In this document: positions 10,713-21,649 of the stretch, piece after piece
How the letters are laid out: every line of letters begins with the position of its first letter
Position numbering within the stretch: position 1 is the first letter of the stretch
Virus record (IMG/VR): IMGVR_UViG_2806310702_000001
Length of the DNA: 64,000 nucleotides
Origin: an uncultured virus (IMG/VR IMGVR_UViG_2806310702_000001)
Lineage: Duplodnaviria > Heunggongvirae > Uroviricota > Caudoviricetes
Direction: 5' to 3' (one strand)
The notes under the pieces: model-generated
Seen by the model: only the letters and a program-made list of their open reading frames with translations
Told to the model about the DNA's origin: nothing
Database searches by the model: none
Translations under genes and position numbers: made by a program

Positions 10713-11015
10713 ATGGAAATTAAAACAATTTATCTAATAATCAAGGAACAATACAAAGATAAGAAAGGTAAATTATACGATGTAATTACATATACAGATA
10801 GTTTAGAAACAATAGAAAAATGTAAGGATGAGATTTTAGGATATGAAGTAGCAAGTATTGATGATCTTAATAGTAGTGAAGTATTTGATGATACTTTTGG
10901 AGTTGATACACTAAGAGTTAAAGAGGGAATTGTTACATATAAGAGGCATTTAGTTGGATATGATGGCTGGGATATTGAAGACTATTTAGAAGTTGGTAAG
11001 TGGGAATTAGTTTAG
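10713..11015 (+). CDS. Hypothetical acidic protein
   Basis: 100 aa, GGAGG RBS. Confidence 0.75.
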   Translation: MEIKTIYLIIKEQYKDKKGKLYDVITYTDSLETIEKCKDEILGYEVASIDDLNSSEVFDDTFGVDTLRVKEGIVTYKRHLVGYDGWDIEDYLEVGKWELV

Positions 11016-11054
11016 AGTCTTAAAATATTAAGAATGGAGGAATATAAATATGTT

Positions 11055-11272
11055 GTCAACTGCCAACTACCCTAAAGGTACGTGTTTTCTTGTTAATGTA
11101 TTATAAAGATGATAAAGACATATGGAATGAAGATATTCAAATTCAAAGAGATATGTATTCTGCATTTTTAATAATGAATGTTGTAGGTAAAACATTAGAT
11201 AAAATAGATAGAGATTTATGTATTGAAACTTATGATAATTTTAGGAGATTACATGACAAAGAGATAGTTTAG
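11055..11272 (+). pseudogene. Remnant of a TnpB-like (IS200/IS605/IS607-type) element
   Basis: IQRDMYSAFLIMNV resembles the final RuvC motif of clostridial TnpB-like proteins; preceded by a GTCAAC..TACC-CTAAA-GGTA end-like hairpin. Confidence 0.55.
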
Positions 11273-11369
11273 ACTAATAATAAAAATTAATAAAAATATT
11301 AAAAAAGTATTGACATTACGTTTAAACGCGATATAATATAATTAAGGATAAGGAAAGGGGATATATAGA

Positions 11370-11603
11370 ATGAATAGAAAAATAGTTGTAGTTAAAGAAA
11401 CAGAAAAGGCAAAATGTTTAATTCTTTTCTTTGATGATATTTGTGGAAATAGAAAACAAGTTAATGCTTGGTTTCCTCATGGTTGGTTAGAAGAAAATAA
11501 TAAACCTAAAACTTGGGCTTTAAATAAGAAGATCACAGAAATAAAAAAGGTGTATAATCAATGGGACCTAGCTTACTGTGGAATAGGTACTTCTTTATCA
11601 TAA
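11370..11603 (+). CDS. Hypothetical protein
   Basis: 77 aa, RBS, promoter TTGACA 11310 / TATAAT 11332. Confidence 0.7.
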   Translation: MNRKIVVVKETEKAKCLILFFDDICGNRKQVNAWFPHGWLEENNKPKTWALNKKITEIKKVYNQWDLAYCGIGTSLS

Positions 11604-11648
11604 TTGATAAAGTCGTTTATGAAAAATAATTCATTGGAGGTATTAATT

Positions 11649-12158
11649 ATGAGAGAATTAACATGGGCTGAGTATTGTAAAGAGTATCAAGAAAGTCAAA
11701 AGCATTTAAGAAGTTTGATTAAAAGATTGTATAAGACGCCGAACAATTCAGTATCAGATAATACAGTTCACATAGTGGAAAGAGAGCTTGAAAAAAGTAG
11801 TACATTTTCTATAGAAGATATTACCATCAACGTTAAAAAAGAAAATGTGGAAGTTTTATATAATTGTGATGATATTGAGGAAATAAAGGAAATGGAAGAG
11901 AATTATAACATAAAAGAAATTAATGACTTAGATATTATTTTAAATTGTGATATTGAATCATTTGAGATAGTTTTTAATAATATATTAGGAGATATATTAA
12001 CAAGTAATGAAGCTTCAGAAATGTACGGGGTAGCAGAAGGAACTATTAGAAGTGCTATGAAAACAGGAAAGCTTAAATATGGCACTGATTATAGAAAAGC
12101 TGGGAGGATCACACTTATTAGAAAAGAAGCTATGGAAAGAGAATATGGGACTAATTAA
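11649..12158 (+). CDS. Protein with C-terminal excisionase-like HTH
   Basis: ILTSNEASEMYGVAEGTIR...DYRKAGRITLI; start at the ATG after GGAGG. Confidence 0.75.
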   Translation: MRELTWAEYCKEYQESQKHLRSLIKRLYKTPNNSVSDNTVHIVERELEKSSTFSIEDITINVKKENVEVLYNCDDIEEIKEMEENYNIKEINDLDIILNCDIESFEIVFNNILGDILTSNEASEMYGVAEGTIRSAMKTGKLKYGTDYRKAGRITLIRKEAMEREYGTN

Positions 12159-12335
12159 AAAGATGGATATATTCCATCTTTTATTTTTATTAAAAATTGT
12201 ATTTAAAACCACTTTAAGTGGTAAAGATAAAAGTATGATTTTATAGTGATTCCAAGCTTGAAAAACGGAGTAAAATGAAGTATAAGAGAGTATTCAAGAG
12301 GAATTTTTTAAAAATAATATAATAAATAAAAAAAT

Positions 12336-12362
12336 AAAACTAGGAAACAATTTCCTAGTTTT
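12336..12362. terminator. Bidirectional intrinsic terminator
   Basis: AAAACTAGGAAA-CAA-TTTCCTAGTTTT. Confidence 0.7.
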
Positions 12363-12431
12363 TATCTATATCTATATACTCTATAAGATCTTCGATTCTA
12401 CAGTTAAAGAATTTGCATAACTGTATATCAT
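12355..12431 (-). pseudogene. 3' fragment of a second XRE gene
   Basis: Reads QLCKFFNCRIEDLIEYIDIDKN*, versus LCKFFNCKINDLIEY in 10303-10512. Confidence 0.7.
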
Positions 12432-12434
12432 ATA

Positions 12435-12494
12435 GAAATTAAATTAAATAATTTTTAAAAAACTATTGCAAAAATATAATTATAGGTATATAAT
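12435..12494 (+). promoter_or_regulatory. sigA promoter with upstream box
   Basis: Box 12435, TTGCAA 12466, 17 bp, TATAAT 12489. Confidence 0.65.
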
Positions 12495-12557
12495 ATATTT
12501 AAAGTTAAAAAATATATTAATCGCATATAACAAAATTAAATTAAGGTATTAGGAGGT

Positions 12558-12800
12558 TTGATTATGGGTGCTTTAAAATTGCAAGATATGTATTATCCTT
12601 TACCAATAGATCAAAAGGGGGTTTGTAAAAGAAATAAAAAAGTGGTAAAGAGATATAAAGTTAGAAAAAGAATAGTTACTACTCAAAAAACAAAAGATGT
12701 GTTATATAAGTTTTTGGGTCTACCTATAGGATTATCATTATTCACAATGTTAATATATGGTTTCTTTTATATAGGTAGCGACTGCGTTAATTACATATAA
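12558..12800 (+). CDS. Small basic protein with a C-terminal TM helix
   Basis: AGGAGG RBS; hydrophobic FLGLPIGLSLFTMLIYGFFYIG. Confidence 0.65.
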   Translation: MIMGALKLQDMYYPLPIDQKGVCKRNKKVVKRYKVRKRIVTTQKTKDVLYKFLGLPIGLSLFTMLIYGFFYIGSDCVNYI

Positions 12801-12988
12801 AATGGGGTATGGGATATGTTAATGAAAATATTGAGCAAAATAAAAAGACATTTTAACAAATATAAAGTTGAGCAAGATTATTATATAAGTAGATTAAAAA
12901 ATAAAAATAATTATGTAGATAAGGTTTGTTAAATTGTTATATCACTTTATTGCAAAATTAAATTAATATATTAAAAGGAGGAATTAAA

Positions 12989-13861
12989 ATGAATTTATTA
13001 AATAAATTCGAAAATATAGAAATAAAAAATGATGCTAGAGTACCTGCAGAGGATTTAAAAGTTATAGAAGGGTATTCAAAAGAATTTGAAGAATATCGAA
13101 ATAGAGTGTTGCAATATGAATTAATATTTAAAAATAAACCATTAATTTATCCAAGTTACAATGACGATAAGATTGGCTCAGATCATAAACAAAAACAGTT
13201 TTTAGTTCATTTTTATGAAGAGTTTATGAATGAAAGTCAAGGTTTTATAAGTAAGATTATTCGTTATTTTAAGAATAAATATCAAATCGAATTAGAAAAT
13301 AATTTTAAAAAGAAAGGCAAAGAATACAATGCCTATAGAAAGATTGAAAGTGAAGAAATATTAAATTTTTATAAAAATTTTACTTATAATGATGTATTGG
13401 ATGACATATTTGAACAGCTTGGAGGATTTGACCTTAATAGTAAAGCTGAACAAGAAATTAAAGAAAATATGAAAAAATTGTGTAGGAATCACAGAGATAA
13501 AGAAAAAATTAAATTAGGTAGGAATAAAATTAGTTTAAAGGATATTTGTATTATTACATATGATAGCATATGGGAAAGATATGAAATAAATAATAGAGAA
13601 AATTTTGAGATATTCATTAATGCATTAAATCATTTCGAGAATTACTTTATAAAAGAAACTATATTAAATAATATGTTTTTAAACGAATATGGAGGCATTA
13701 ATAAAAAATTAGGTAATGAATTTTTATTTAAAAAGCATAGATTAAATTTTAATAAAATAAAATCTTTTAAGTTTTTTAAAAATAGAAGAATTGATATAGA
13801 GTTCACAAGTGGTCAATATGCTTTAGAATTTGCTAGAGATTACTGTGGATATATGGGTTAA
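12989..13861 (+). CDS. Hypothetical protein, probable operon partner of the methylase-helicase
   Basis: 290 aa, AGGAGG RBS. Confidence 0.8.
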   Translation: MNLLNKFENIEIKNDARVPAEDLKVIEGYSKEFEEYRNRVLQYELIFKNKPLIYPSYNDDKIGSDHKQKQFLVHFYEEFMNESQGFISKIIRYFKNKYQIELENNFKKKGKEYNAYRKIESEEILNFYKNFTYNDVLDDIFEQLGGFDLNSKAEQEIKENMKKLCRNHRDKEKIKLGRNKISLKDICIITYDSIWERYEINNRENFEIFINALNHFENYFIKETILNNMFLNEYGGINKKLGNEFLFKKHRLNFNKIKSFKFFKNRRIDIEFTSGQYALEFARDYCGYMG

Positions 13862-13921
13862 TTCCTATGTATCTGCATTAATATTTATAAATAAAATTTT
13901 ATACAAGGAGCGTGATGTATT

Positions 13922-16900
13922 ATTAAATACACATATAAAAATGAAACAATACCAACAGATAAAAGAAAAGAAATAAACGAAAAAATACTTTATCTTATCA
14001 ATAATAATTTATGTGAAAAATATGGCATAACTCAAAATGATGTGTATAACTCGTATACAGGGGACGGAGGACTACACGGCTTAAACTTTAAAGATTTTAA
14101 TAACTTTTATTCTTTTACTAAAGCAAAACAAGAGGTAGAAAATGCTCAATTCTTTACACCACCAGAATTAGCACAATATTTAGTAAATATATTGAAACCT
14201 AGTAAACATGATTTAATTTTAGATTTAACTTGTGGACATGGATCATTTTTTAATTTTCTACCTAATGAATTTAACGTATATGGCAATGAATTAGACATGA
14301 AAGCCTATAAGGTAGCTAAGTATTTATATCCTAATACAATCCTTACACAGGGAGATATGAGGGAATATAGTCCTCATATAAAATTTGATTTTGTGATAGG
14401 GAATCCACCTTTTAATTTAGATTTACATTATAACGATAGAAATGTATTATCTCAAATGGTTTATATTCAAAAATCATTAGGTTTATTAAAAACGGGTGGT
14501 ATATTAGCTTTAATAGTACCTAATTCATTCCTAAATGACGATTTTAGCAATAAATCTGATATAGAGTATATGGATACCAATTTCAATTTTATATGTCAAA
14601 TAGGGCTAAATAATAAAGAATTTGAGTATTTAGGCGTAAATAACTTTGCAACTAAAATAATAATATTCCAAAAGAAAAGTGAATATTTACAGGATAAAAA
14701 ATATAATTTAGAAATGTTGAATAAAATTGATCCTGATATAGTCTATCAAAAATATTTATTACCTACATATCAAGAAAAAGAAAAATTAAAAAATAAAATT
14801 TTCTTAGAAAATGCGAACTTAAATTCTGAGGACTTAGACAAAGAGTTCCAAGATAAAGTTAAGAAACTGCTGTTTGATATAAAAAGAACTAAAAGTATAA
14901 GTAATAAATACGCAGAATGTAAATTGTATTTAGATAAATATTATAATCAAAAACAACCTGACAGCATGGATTATAAAGAGTGGCAAAAAATAAGAATTAC
15001 TAAAGAAAAGGTTATAAAATATTTTAAAAATGTACTTAGCAAACAACATATAAGAGAAATAAATAAAGTAGAATTAGTTAAATGGAACTATGGGTTAAAA
15101 TTAAAAGGATATTCAGAAAAGACTAAATTATATGTTAGAAGTTTAAAAAATAATTTTATAAGTTTTGATGACATGATTATTAATAGTAACTATCCTTTTG
15201 AAGATAAAAAATATTATAAATTATACATAAAAAAGAAAAAAGAATATGAGAAACAAAGCAAAAGTTTTGAGAATATGCAAGAAGATAAAAATATTAAAAT
15301 TTGGTTAGATGAATTGGTTATAAAGGATTATACAAAAAAAATAGACATTAGATTAAATGATGTTCAGAAAAATATTGTAAATAAAATGCTACAAAAGAAA
15401 TATGGATATATCCAAGCCGAACAAGGAAGTGGAAAAACTTTAATGTCTATATGTTACGCTTTACATAGAAAACAATTTACGAATATTAAAAATGTATTTG
15501 TGGTCGCTCCAAGTATTGCAATTAATGGCACATGGATAACTACGTTACAAGATTATAAAATACCTTATATAGTATTAAATAAATTTACAGATATTAAGAA
15601 TATTAAAAAAGGAGATTTTGTTCTAGTTACTTTTAATTTATTAATCAAGTTACAAAAAAGAATTAAAAAATATCTTAAACAAATCAACAAAAATTATGTA
15701 CTAGTTGTTGATGAAGCTGATTCTATTTGTAGGATTGATAGCAAAAGAACTAAAGCAACTCTAGGGACATTTAAAAAGGCTAGATATATTGAACTCTTGA
15801 GTGGTACGATGACCAGAAATAACATTACAGAAGCATATACTCAATTTAACCTACTGTATGGATCAAGTATTAATTTTTTAACTAGGAACGAATACATATT
15901 AGAGGAAGATGAAAAAACTAAAGAATTACATGAAAGACAAAATGAATATTATTTAAAGCCATTTCCAGAATATAAAAAAGGACATAAATTATTTATGCAA
16001 TCTTTCAATCCTCAAAAAGTTACAGTTTTTGGAGTAGGACAAAATACACAAAATATATACAACTCAGAAATTCTAAAAGAATTGATAAATAAAACTATAA
16101 TTACAAAAACATTCGAAGAAGTTGTAGGTAAAAAAATATATGAAATAATACAACATACTGTTAAATTTAACGATTCTGAAAGGGAATTATATTATAAAGC
16201 TATAAATGAATTTTATAGTATGAAATATTTATTTACTAGTACAGGAAACCCTCGAAAAGACCGAATGATGGAGATAATACAACAAATAACTTTATTATTA
16301 AATATCTGTCAACATCCTCAAACTTATAGGGAATATAATCATTTAGAAACTCCTAATAAATATAAAAAGGTAATAGAATTATTAAATAAATGGAACGATG
16401 AACAGGTTTCTATAGGTTGCAGGAGTTTAAAGGAAATTAACTGTTACACTCTTTTAATTAAAAAAAATTTTCCAAACAGAAGGCTGTTTATTATAACAGG
16501 TAGTATTCCTATGGAAAGAAGAAGAGAAATAATAAAAGAATTAAAAAATTATAAAAATGGAATATTGTTGTGCACTCAACAAAGTCTATCATCTTCAATT
16601 TCTATAGACTATATAAATAAAGTAATAATAACTGCGTTGAGCTGGAATTTCTCTAGCTTGTCACAATTCTTCTTTCGTTTTATAAGATATACAAGTACAA
16701 AACATAAGGAAATACATTTTATAACTTATCAAAATTCGTTAGAATCTAATTTGTTAGGCTTAATTATGGCTAAGGAAAATTTAACGATGTTTATGAAAAA
16801 TAAAGATGTGACAGATGATGAACTATATGAGAAATTTGGAGTCGATTTTAATTTAATAGATATGCTGTTGAGTAAAGAAAGAGACTCTGAAGGTCATACA

Positions 16901-16936
16901 CATATTGTAAACTGGGGTAATCAAGAGATTAATTAA
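13922..16936 (+). CDS. N6-adenine DNA methyltransferase fused to an SF2 (SNF2-like) helicase, DarB-like architecture
   Basis: QFFTP, LDLTCGHG, GNPPF; AEQGSGKT, DEAD, SGT; frame open upstream of 14042 to a probable ATT start after AAGGAGCGTGAT. Confidence 0.8.
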   Translation: MKYTYKNETIPTDKRKEINEKILYLINNNLCEKYGITQNDVYNSYTGDGGLHGLNFKDFNNFYSFTKAKQEVENAQFFTPPELAQYLVNILKPSKHDLILDLTCGHGSFFNFLPNEFNVYGNELDMKAYKVAKYLYPNTILTQGDMREYSPHIKFDFVIGNPPFNLDLHYNDRNVLSQMVYIQKSLGLLKTGGILALIVPNSFLNDDFSNKSDIEYMDTNFNFICQIGLNNKEFEYLGVNNFATKIIIFQKKSEYLQDKKYNLEMLNKIDPDIVYQKYLLPTYQEKEKLKNKIFLENANLNSEDLDKEFQDKVKKLLFDIKRTKSISNKYAECKLYLDKYYNQKQPDSMDYKEWQKIRITKEKVIKYFKNVLSKQHIREINKVELVKWNYGLKLKGYSEKTKLYVRSLKNNFISFDDMIINSNYPFEDKKYYKLYIKKKKEYEKQSKSFENMQEDKNIKIWLDELVIKDYTKKIDIRLNDVQKNIVNKMLQKKYGYIQAEQGSGKTLMSICYALHRKQFTNIKNVFVVAPSIAINGTWITTLQDYKIPYIVLNKFTDIKNIKKGDFVLVTFNLLIKLQKRIKKYLKQINKNYVLVVDEADSICRIDSKRTKATLGTFKKARYIELLSGTMTRNNITEAYTQFNLLYGSSINFLTRNEYILEEDEKTKELHERQNEYYLKPFPEYKKGHKLFMQSFNPQKVTVFGVGQNTQNIYNSEILKELINKTIITKTFEEVVGKKIYEIIQHTVKFNDSERELYYKAINEFYSMKYLFTSTGNPRKDRMMEIIQQITLLLNICQHPQTYREYNHLETPNKYKKVIELLNKWNDEQVSIGCRSLKEINCYTLLIKKNFPNRRLFIITGSIPMERRREIIKELKNYKNGILLCTQQSLSSSISIDYINKVIITALSWNFSSLSQFFFRFIRYTSTKHKEIHFITYQNSLESNLLGLIMAKENLTMFMKNKDVTDDELYEKFGVDFNLIDMLLSKERDSEGHTHIVNWGNQEIN

Positions 16937-16998
16937 AACATACATATAAAGTAATAGAACTAAAAAATATAAATAAAATTTAGGGAGGAATTATACAT

Positions 16999-17787
16999 AT
17001 GGAAAATAATAACCAAATATCAATCTTAGAAAATGAATTAGGGTTAAAATTAAATGAGGGAAAAGTTGCTGTTGTAAGTAGTAGAGTGATTGCGAAAAAC
17101 TTTAAGAAAAGACCAAGCGAGATCAATAGAAAAATAGAAGATTTAATAAACGATTTAGAGGGTGTGCAAAATTGCACAACCCTATTTATAGAAACAAAAT
17201 ACCAACATTTGCAAAACAAACAATGGTATAAGGAATATTTATTAACAAAAGACGGATTTAGTTTATTGGTTATGGGCTTAACAGGTAAAGAAGCGTTAGA
17301 ATGGAAATTAAAATATATTAATGCTTTTAATAAGATGGAAGAATATATTAAAAATCAAAATTCACTAGTACAAGGTAATCAGACCATGTTTTTAGCACAA
17401 AATATTCAACAAATAGCAAGTACAATGGCTCAGTTTATGGAAAATTCAGTTATTCAATTACAACAAATTAAAGAACAAACAAAGGGTGAAGTTAAAGAAA
17501 TTGTAAGAGATTCGATTATAATTAAGGATCAACAAATAGAGCAAACTGCACAATTAATAGGATTAAGAGCTAAAAATACTAAAATGTTAGTTAACGCATT
17601 AAAAGAAAAATTAAAAAATTTAACAGGTTGTAAAGTAACTGCTAAAGATTATATATACGAAAAAGCTAAAAATAAACTATTTAAGGAGTTTGGAGTAGTT
17701 GCATGGGAGGATATTTCGATTAGTAAATTTAATACGGTGTATTCATTTATAGATGGATTAGAAAAAGAAGATATAAAAATATATTAA
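16999..17787 (+). CDS. Rha-family phage regulatory protein with ORF6C-like C-terminus
   Basis: SSRVIAKNF, YLLTKDGFSLLVMGLTGKEALEWKLKYINAFNKME. Confidence 0.9.
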   Translation: MENNNQISILENELGLKLNEGKVAVVSSRVIAKNFKKRPSEINRKIEDLINDLEGVQNCTTLFIETKYQHLQNKQWYKEYLLTKDGFSLLVMGLTGKEALEWKLKYINAFNKMEEYIKNQNSLVQGNQTMFLAQNIQQIASTMAQFMENSVIQLQQIKEQTKGEVKEIVRDSIIIKDQQIEQTAQLIGLRAKNTKMLVNALKEKLKNLTGCKVTAKDYIYEKAKNKLFKEFGVVAWEDISISKFNTVYSFIDGLEKEDIKIY

Positions 17788-17834
17788 ATAATATATATTT
17801 TTAAACAATTAAATTAAAAATAAATTATACATAT

Positions 17835-17872
17835 ATGAAAAGGATAGATTAATTAAAATCTATCCTTTTCAT
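17835..17872. terminator. Bidirectional terminator between convergent genes
   Basis: ATGAAAAGGATAGATT / AATCTATCCTTTTCAT. Confidence 0.75.
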
Positions 17873-17930
17873 TATCCATAAAAATTATATTTTATTTAAT
17901 TATAACAAATTCAAATATACGATTGATTTG

Positions 17931-18572
17931 TTACTTATTTTTATTTAATATATTTAAACAAATATCATGTTTATTTTCATTATAATATTTTAGAATTCTG
18001 ACAATTCTATTCAAATCATCATAATTGGTAGCTTCAATTGACACATGTTTGCCTTCTAATTTAGAATAATAGTAATTCAATACATCTCCTGCGCTATTTA
18101 TTATTTTTTCTATATTGCCATATGTTAATTTCGCATCATTTGATACTTCGTTGTTAGTTAAAAAATATTTTTTATCAAAATGAGCAAAATGCTTGTCTCT
18201 CCATGTAAATAGATTATTTAGAATATCAGAACATTCTTCTAGTTCTTGTATATGTTGTTTGATAATATTATTATTAATATCATCATGATTAATTCGTTTT
18301 ATATCTTGTTGAACTTTATTTAATAATTTATAAATACTACTATTGGTTTTACATGGTTTTTCATATATTTTAGCTAAAGTCATTATTATATCATTAATTA
18401 AAGCTTTAAGCGTTAATCCAAAAAACGCAGGTGCTATATTAAGTTCGTCTAAATTATCATTGGTTTTTTGTAACATTAATTTATAAAGTTTATATTCTGA
18501 ATTACAGTTAGTTAGTTCTTTTAATAGCCCTTCTGTATGTTTTTTTATTTGTTGTATATTATTATTTGTCAC
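17931..18572 (-). CDS. HEPN-domain (AbiU2-like) putative RNase
   Basis: Apparently helical, with an Rx4-6H motif WRDKHFAH; GAGGAGG RBS, GTG start. Confidence 0.7.
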   Translation of the reverse strand: MTNNNIQQIKKHTEGLLKELTNCNSEYKLYKLMLQKTNDNLDELNIAPAFFGLTLKALINDIIMTLAKIYEKPCKTNSSIYKLLNKVQQDIKRINHDDINNNIIKQHIQELEECSDILNNLFTWRDKHFAHFDKKYFLTNNEVSNDAKLTYGNIEKIINSAGDVLNYYYSKLEGKHVSIEATNYDDLNRIVRILKYYNENKHDICLNILNKNK

Positions 18573-18609
18573 TATATAGTCCTCCTCTAAATACTATTTG
18601 TGATTTCAT

Positions 18610-20107
18610 TTATTTGAAAATAATATTACACGTCTCGCTTAAACAAATATCAATATTATTATTGTTCAAGAAATAAATATCTTTATCAATTTTATTAGTT
18701 ATTTGCGTTACTTTGTAGTACATTGCGTGACTAAGTACATTTACATTTAAGAAGATATAATCTGCATTTTTAAGTATATCTACGTCAAAATTTAAAGTAT
18801 CTACAGAAATAAGATCCCAGTTAGTTAATATATTTTTTAATTTTTGTTGAAGAGTATTTCTACCACCAATAATTACGCCTTTTACCTCATTTAATTTAGA
18901 AATATCTATATTATTTATATTGGATTCTGTAGTATTTTTATTATCTTGTACAGATTGTTCAAATACAAAATTTCTCAATGCAAATAGCTCACTTTTACTA
19001 GTATTCAACTTAGTATTTTCATCTTGTAATTTACGATTTTTACTCTTTAGTAGTTCAATTTCTTGTTTTAATTTTTCATTCTCATCTTGCAATATTAAAT
19101 TAGATTTTTTCAATTCTCTATTTTCATTTTCTACTTTAGAAATTTCATCATAAAGTTGTTCATCAAAATTTTCAAAGAAATATTTTTTTAGCTTTCTTAT
19201 ATTCTTTACATAAATATCGAATCTGTATTGCAGGATATATATACTTTAAAAATTCGTCATAATTAATATTCTCTGAGTCCTGAAATTGAGAATATGCGAA
19301 AATTAGTTCTTGTAATTCTTTAGAAGATAAATAATCAGCTCCAACAATACTTATAAGAGAAATTCTTTCATAATCAAAAATATACTCAAAGCTACTAAAA
19401 AATTTATCATCTTTAGACAGTTTTTCAGGTATTATTCTCATTCCTTGCTGTTGTTCATCAGAAAATCGATAAGATGATGGCATTACCTTTATTTTTTTAT
19501 TGTTTTTTAGTTTTAATTCTAAATCTCTAATTATTTTTTTCTGTTCCTTAGATATATTATTTATATTAATTCTATAACTATCATTTAGATGCATTAAACG
19601 TTGAAAATAAGTAGATATAATACATTTACACATATCATCATTTTCGTCTAATGCTTTTCCTTCGTAGATTGTACTCATAAATATAAGCATTAAGCCGTTA
19701 GAATTAAGTTCGTCGTCTGTTACATTGTCAATTCCGTGCTTTTTCTTTATATAACTACCTATAAAGTGTGATAAACTTAATATATTATGTTGATTAACGT
19801 ATGTATGTGCATATCTCCACCCTTTAGTTATAATTTTCAATACTTCATCTGTAATATATCGATCCTCTCTTGCAACTAAAAGTATTCCAAGAGATTTTTT
19901 AAAATAATATTCTTGTTCTATGCTACCTTCTTGAGAAATTGGACTGTTGTACCATTTATTTTCTTTAGCTTTAGCAATAAATCTTATTTTATCTGTATTG
20001 TATATTTTATCGATTAATTTGTAAATTCTAGGATTAACAGAAAAAGCTTCGGCCATAAAAGGCAACAGATCAAGAGGGGTTCTATTATTATTAGTGTTGT
20101 TATTCAT
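18610..20107 (-). pseudogene. Coiled-coil protein with C-terminal DUF2325, split by a +1 frameshift in an A7 run
   Basis: ORFs 19172-20107 and 18610-19113 join (AKKYFFENFDEQ...) if one base is removed from T7 at 19183-19189; VIIGG...ADY...LSH is DUF2325-like. Confidence 0.7.
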
Positions 20108-20347
20108 ATATATTAAACTCCTTGTATAAAGTTGTTTTCTAAAATTTTCTATAATAATTATAACATACTTTCCACAAATAATAGAATAGTAAAAATAATA
20201 AAATTAAATTAAGATATTTTATATATCATAGATATGTAATTATAATCATTTATAAAATTATTGCACAATAATACAATATATGACATAATATTGACTAACT
20301 TCTATTTTAATTATACAAATATATATATAACATTTGGAGGAAATTTT

Positions 20348-21649
20348 ATGAATTTACTTGATATTTTTAAAATTAAAAAATTTAAACAAGATATAGAAAG
20401 ATTAACAAAAGAGAATTCTGAGCTGAGTAAAATAAAACATACCGTTGAACAATTGAAGTATTTAGATATGGAAAAAGAGATAAATTCACTTATATCTAAA
20501 AAAGAAGATTTAAATAAAAAAATTAATAATCTAAAAAATGAAGAAACTAAATATAAAAATCAAATTGATACTTTACAAAAATCTATTATTGTATTAAAAG
20601 ACGAAGATTTATTACAGTCTTTCGGATTTTATGAACCTAAATATAACTTAATGGATTCAGAAAAATACAAAGTAAGATTATCTGAAATTCGAGATAAACA
20701 AAAAATAATGGTTAAAAATAAAACTGCTGTAAATTATTATGATGAATGGACATTGAATGATAGCAAGGTTGAAGGTAGAAAAATGAATAATGATAATATA
20801 AAACTTATTATCAGATCATTTAATAATGAATGTGATGCCAGTATAATAAAAATAAAATTTAATAATATAGATTCTATAGAAAAGAAAATAAAAAAAGCTT
20901 TTGAGGTATTAAATAAATTAGGCAAAAGAATGAAAATAAGCATAACCCATGATTATTTAAATTTAAAAATTGAAGAACTATACTTGGCCTATGAATACGA
21001 AATAAAGAAACAAGAAGAAAAAGAAGAACAACGCAGAATTAAAGAACAAATACGTGAAGAGCAAAAAGTCTTAAAAGAAATAGAATCAATGAAACAAAAA
21101 ATTGAAAAAGAAGAAAAACATTTTAGACAAGCTATAGACGAATTATCTTTAAAATGTGAGAATGCTTCAGAAGAAGATAAGCTAAAATATAAAGAAAAAA
21201 TGAAAGAATTGCAAAGTCAATTAGAAGCACTAGAAAAGGATAAAGAAGACGTTTATAATCGTGAACAAAATACTAGAGCTGGTTATGTATATGTAATATC
21301 AAATATAGGTTCATTTGGTGAAAATGTGTATAAAATAGGCATGACAAGAAGATTAGAGCCTACTGACAGAGTTAAAGAACTATCAGGAACATCTGTTCCT
21401 TTTGCTTTTGATATACACGCAATGATTTTTAGTGAAGATGCTCCTAAATTAGAATCTAAATTACACGAAGTATTTAGAGATAAAGAGGTTAACAAAGTTA
21501 ATCATAGAAAAGAATTTTTTAAAGTTTCTCTTGAAGAAATTGAAAAAGTAGTAAAAGAAGAGTTCGATAAGCCTGTGGAATTTATAAAATTAGCACAAGC
21601 TGAAGAGTATAGACAATCTTTAGTAATAGAAAACAATGTAACTGCTTAA
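20348..21649 (+). CDS. DUF4041 + T5orf172/MUG113 (GIY-YIG-like) protein
   Basis: RSFNNECD, AGYVYVISNIGSFGENVYKIGMTRRLEP; ATG after GGAGG. Confidence 0.9.
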   Translation: MNLLDIFKIKKFKQDIERLTKENSELSKIKHTVEQLKYLDMEKEINSLISKKEDLNKKINNLKNEETKYKNQIDTLQKSIIVLKDEDLLQSFGFYEPKYNLMDSEKYKVRLSEIRDKQKIMVKNKTAVNYYDEWTLNDSKVEGRKMNNDNIKLIIRSFNNECDASIIKIKFNNIDSIEKKIKKAFEVLNKLGKRMKISITHDYLNLKIEELYLAYEYEIKKQEEKEEQRRIKEQIREEQKVLKEIESMKQKIEKEEKHFRQAIDELSLKCENASEEDKLKYKEKMKELQSQLEALEKDKEDVYNREQNTRAGYVYVISNIGSFGENVYKIGMTRRLEPTDRVKELSGTSVPFAFDIHAMIFSEDAPKLESKLHEVFRDKEVNKVNHRKEFFKVSLEEIEKVVKEEFDKPVEFIKLAQAEEYRQSLVIENNVTA

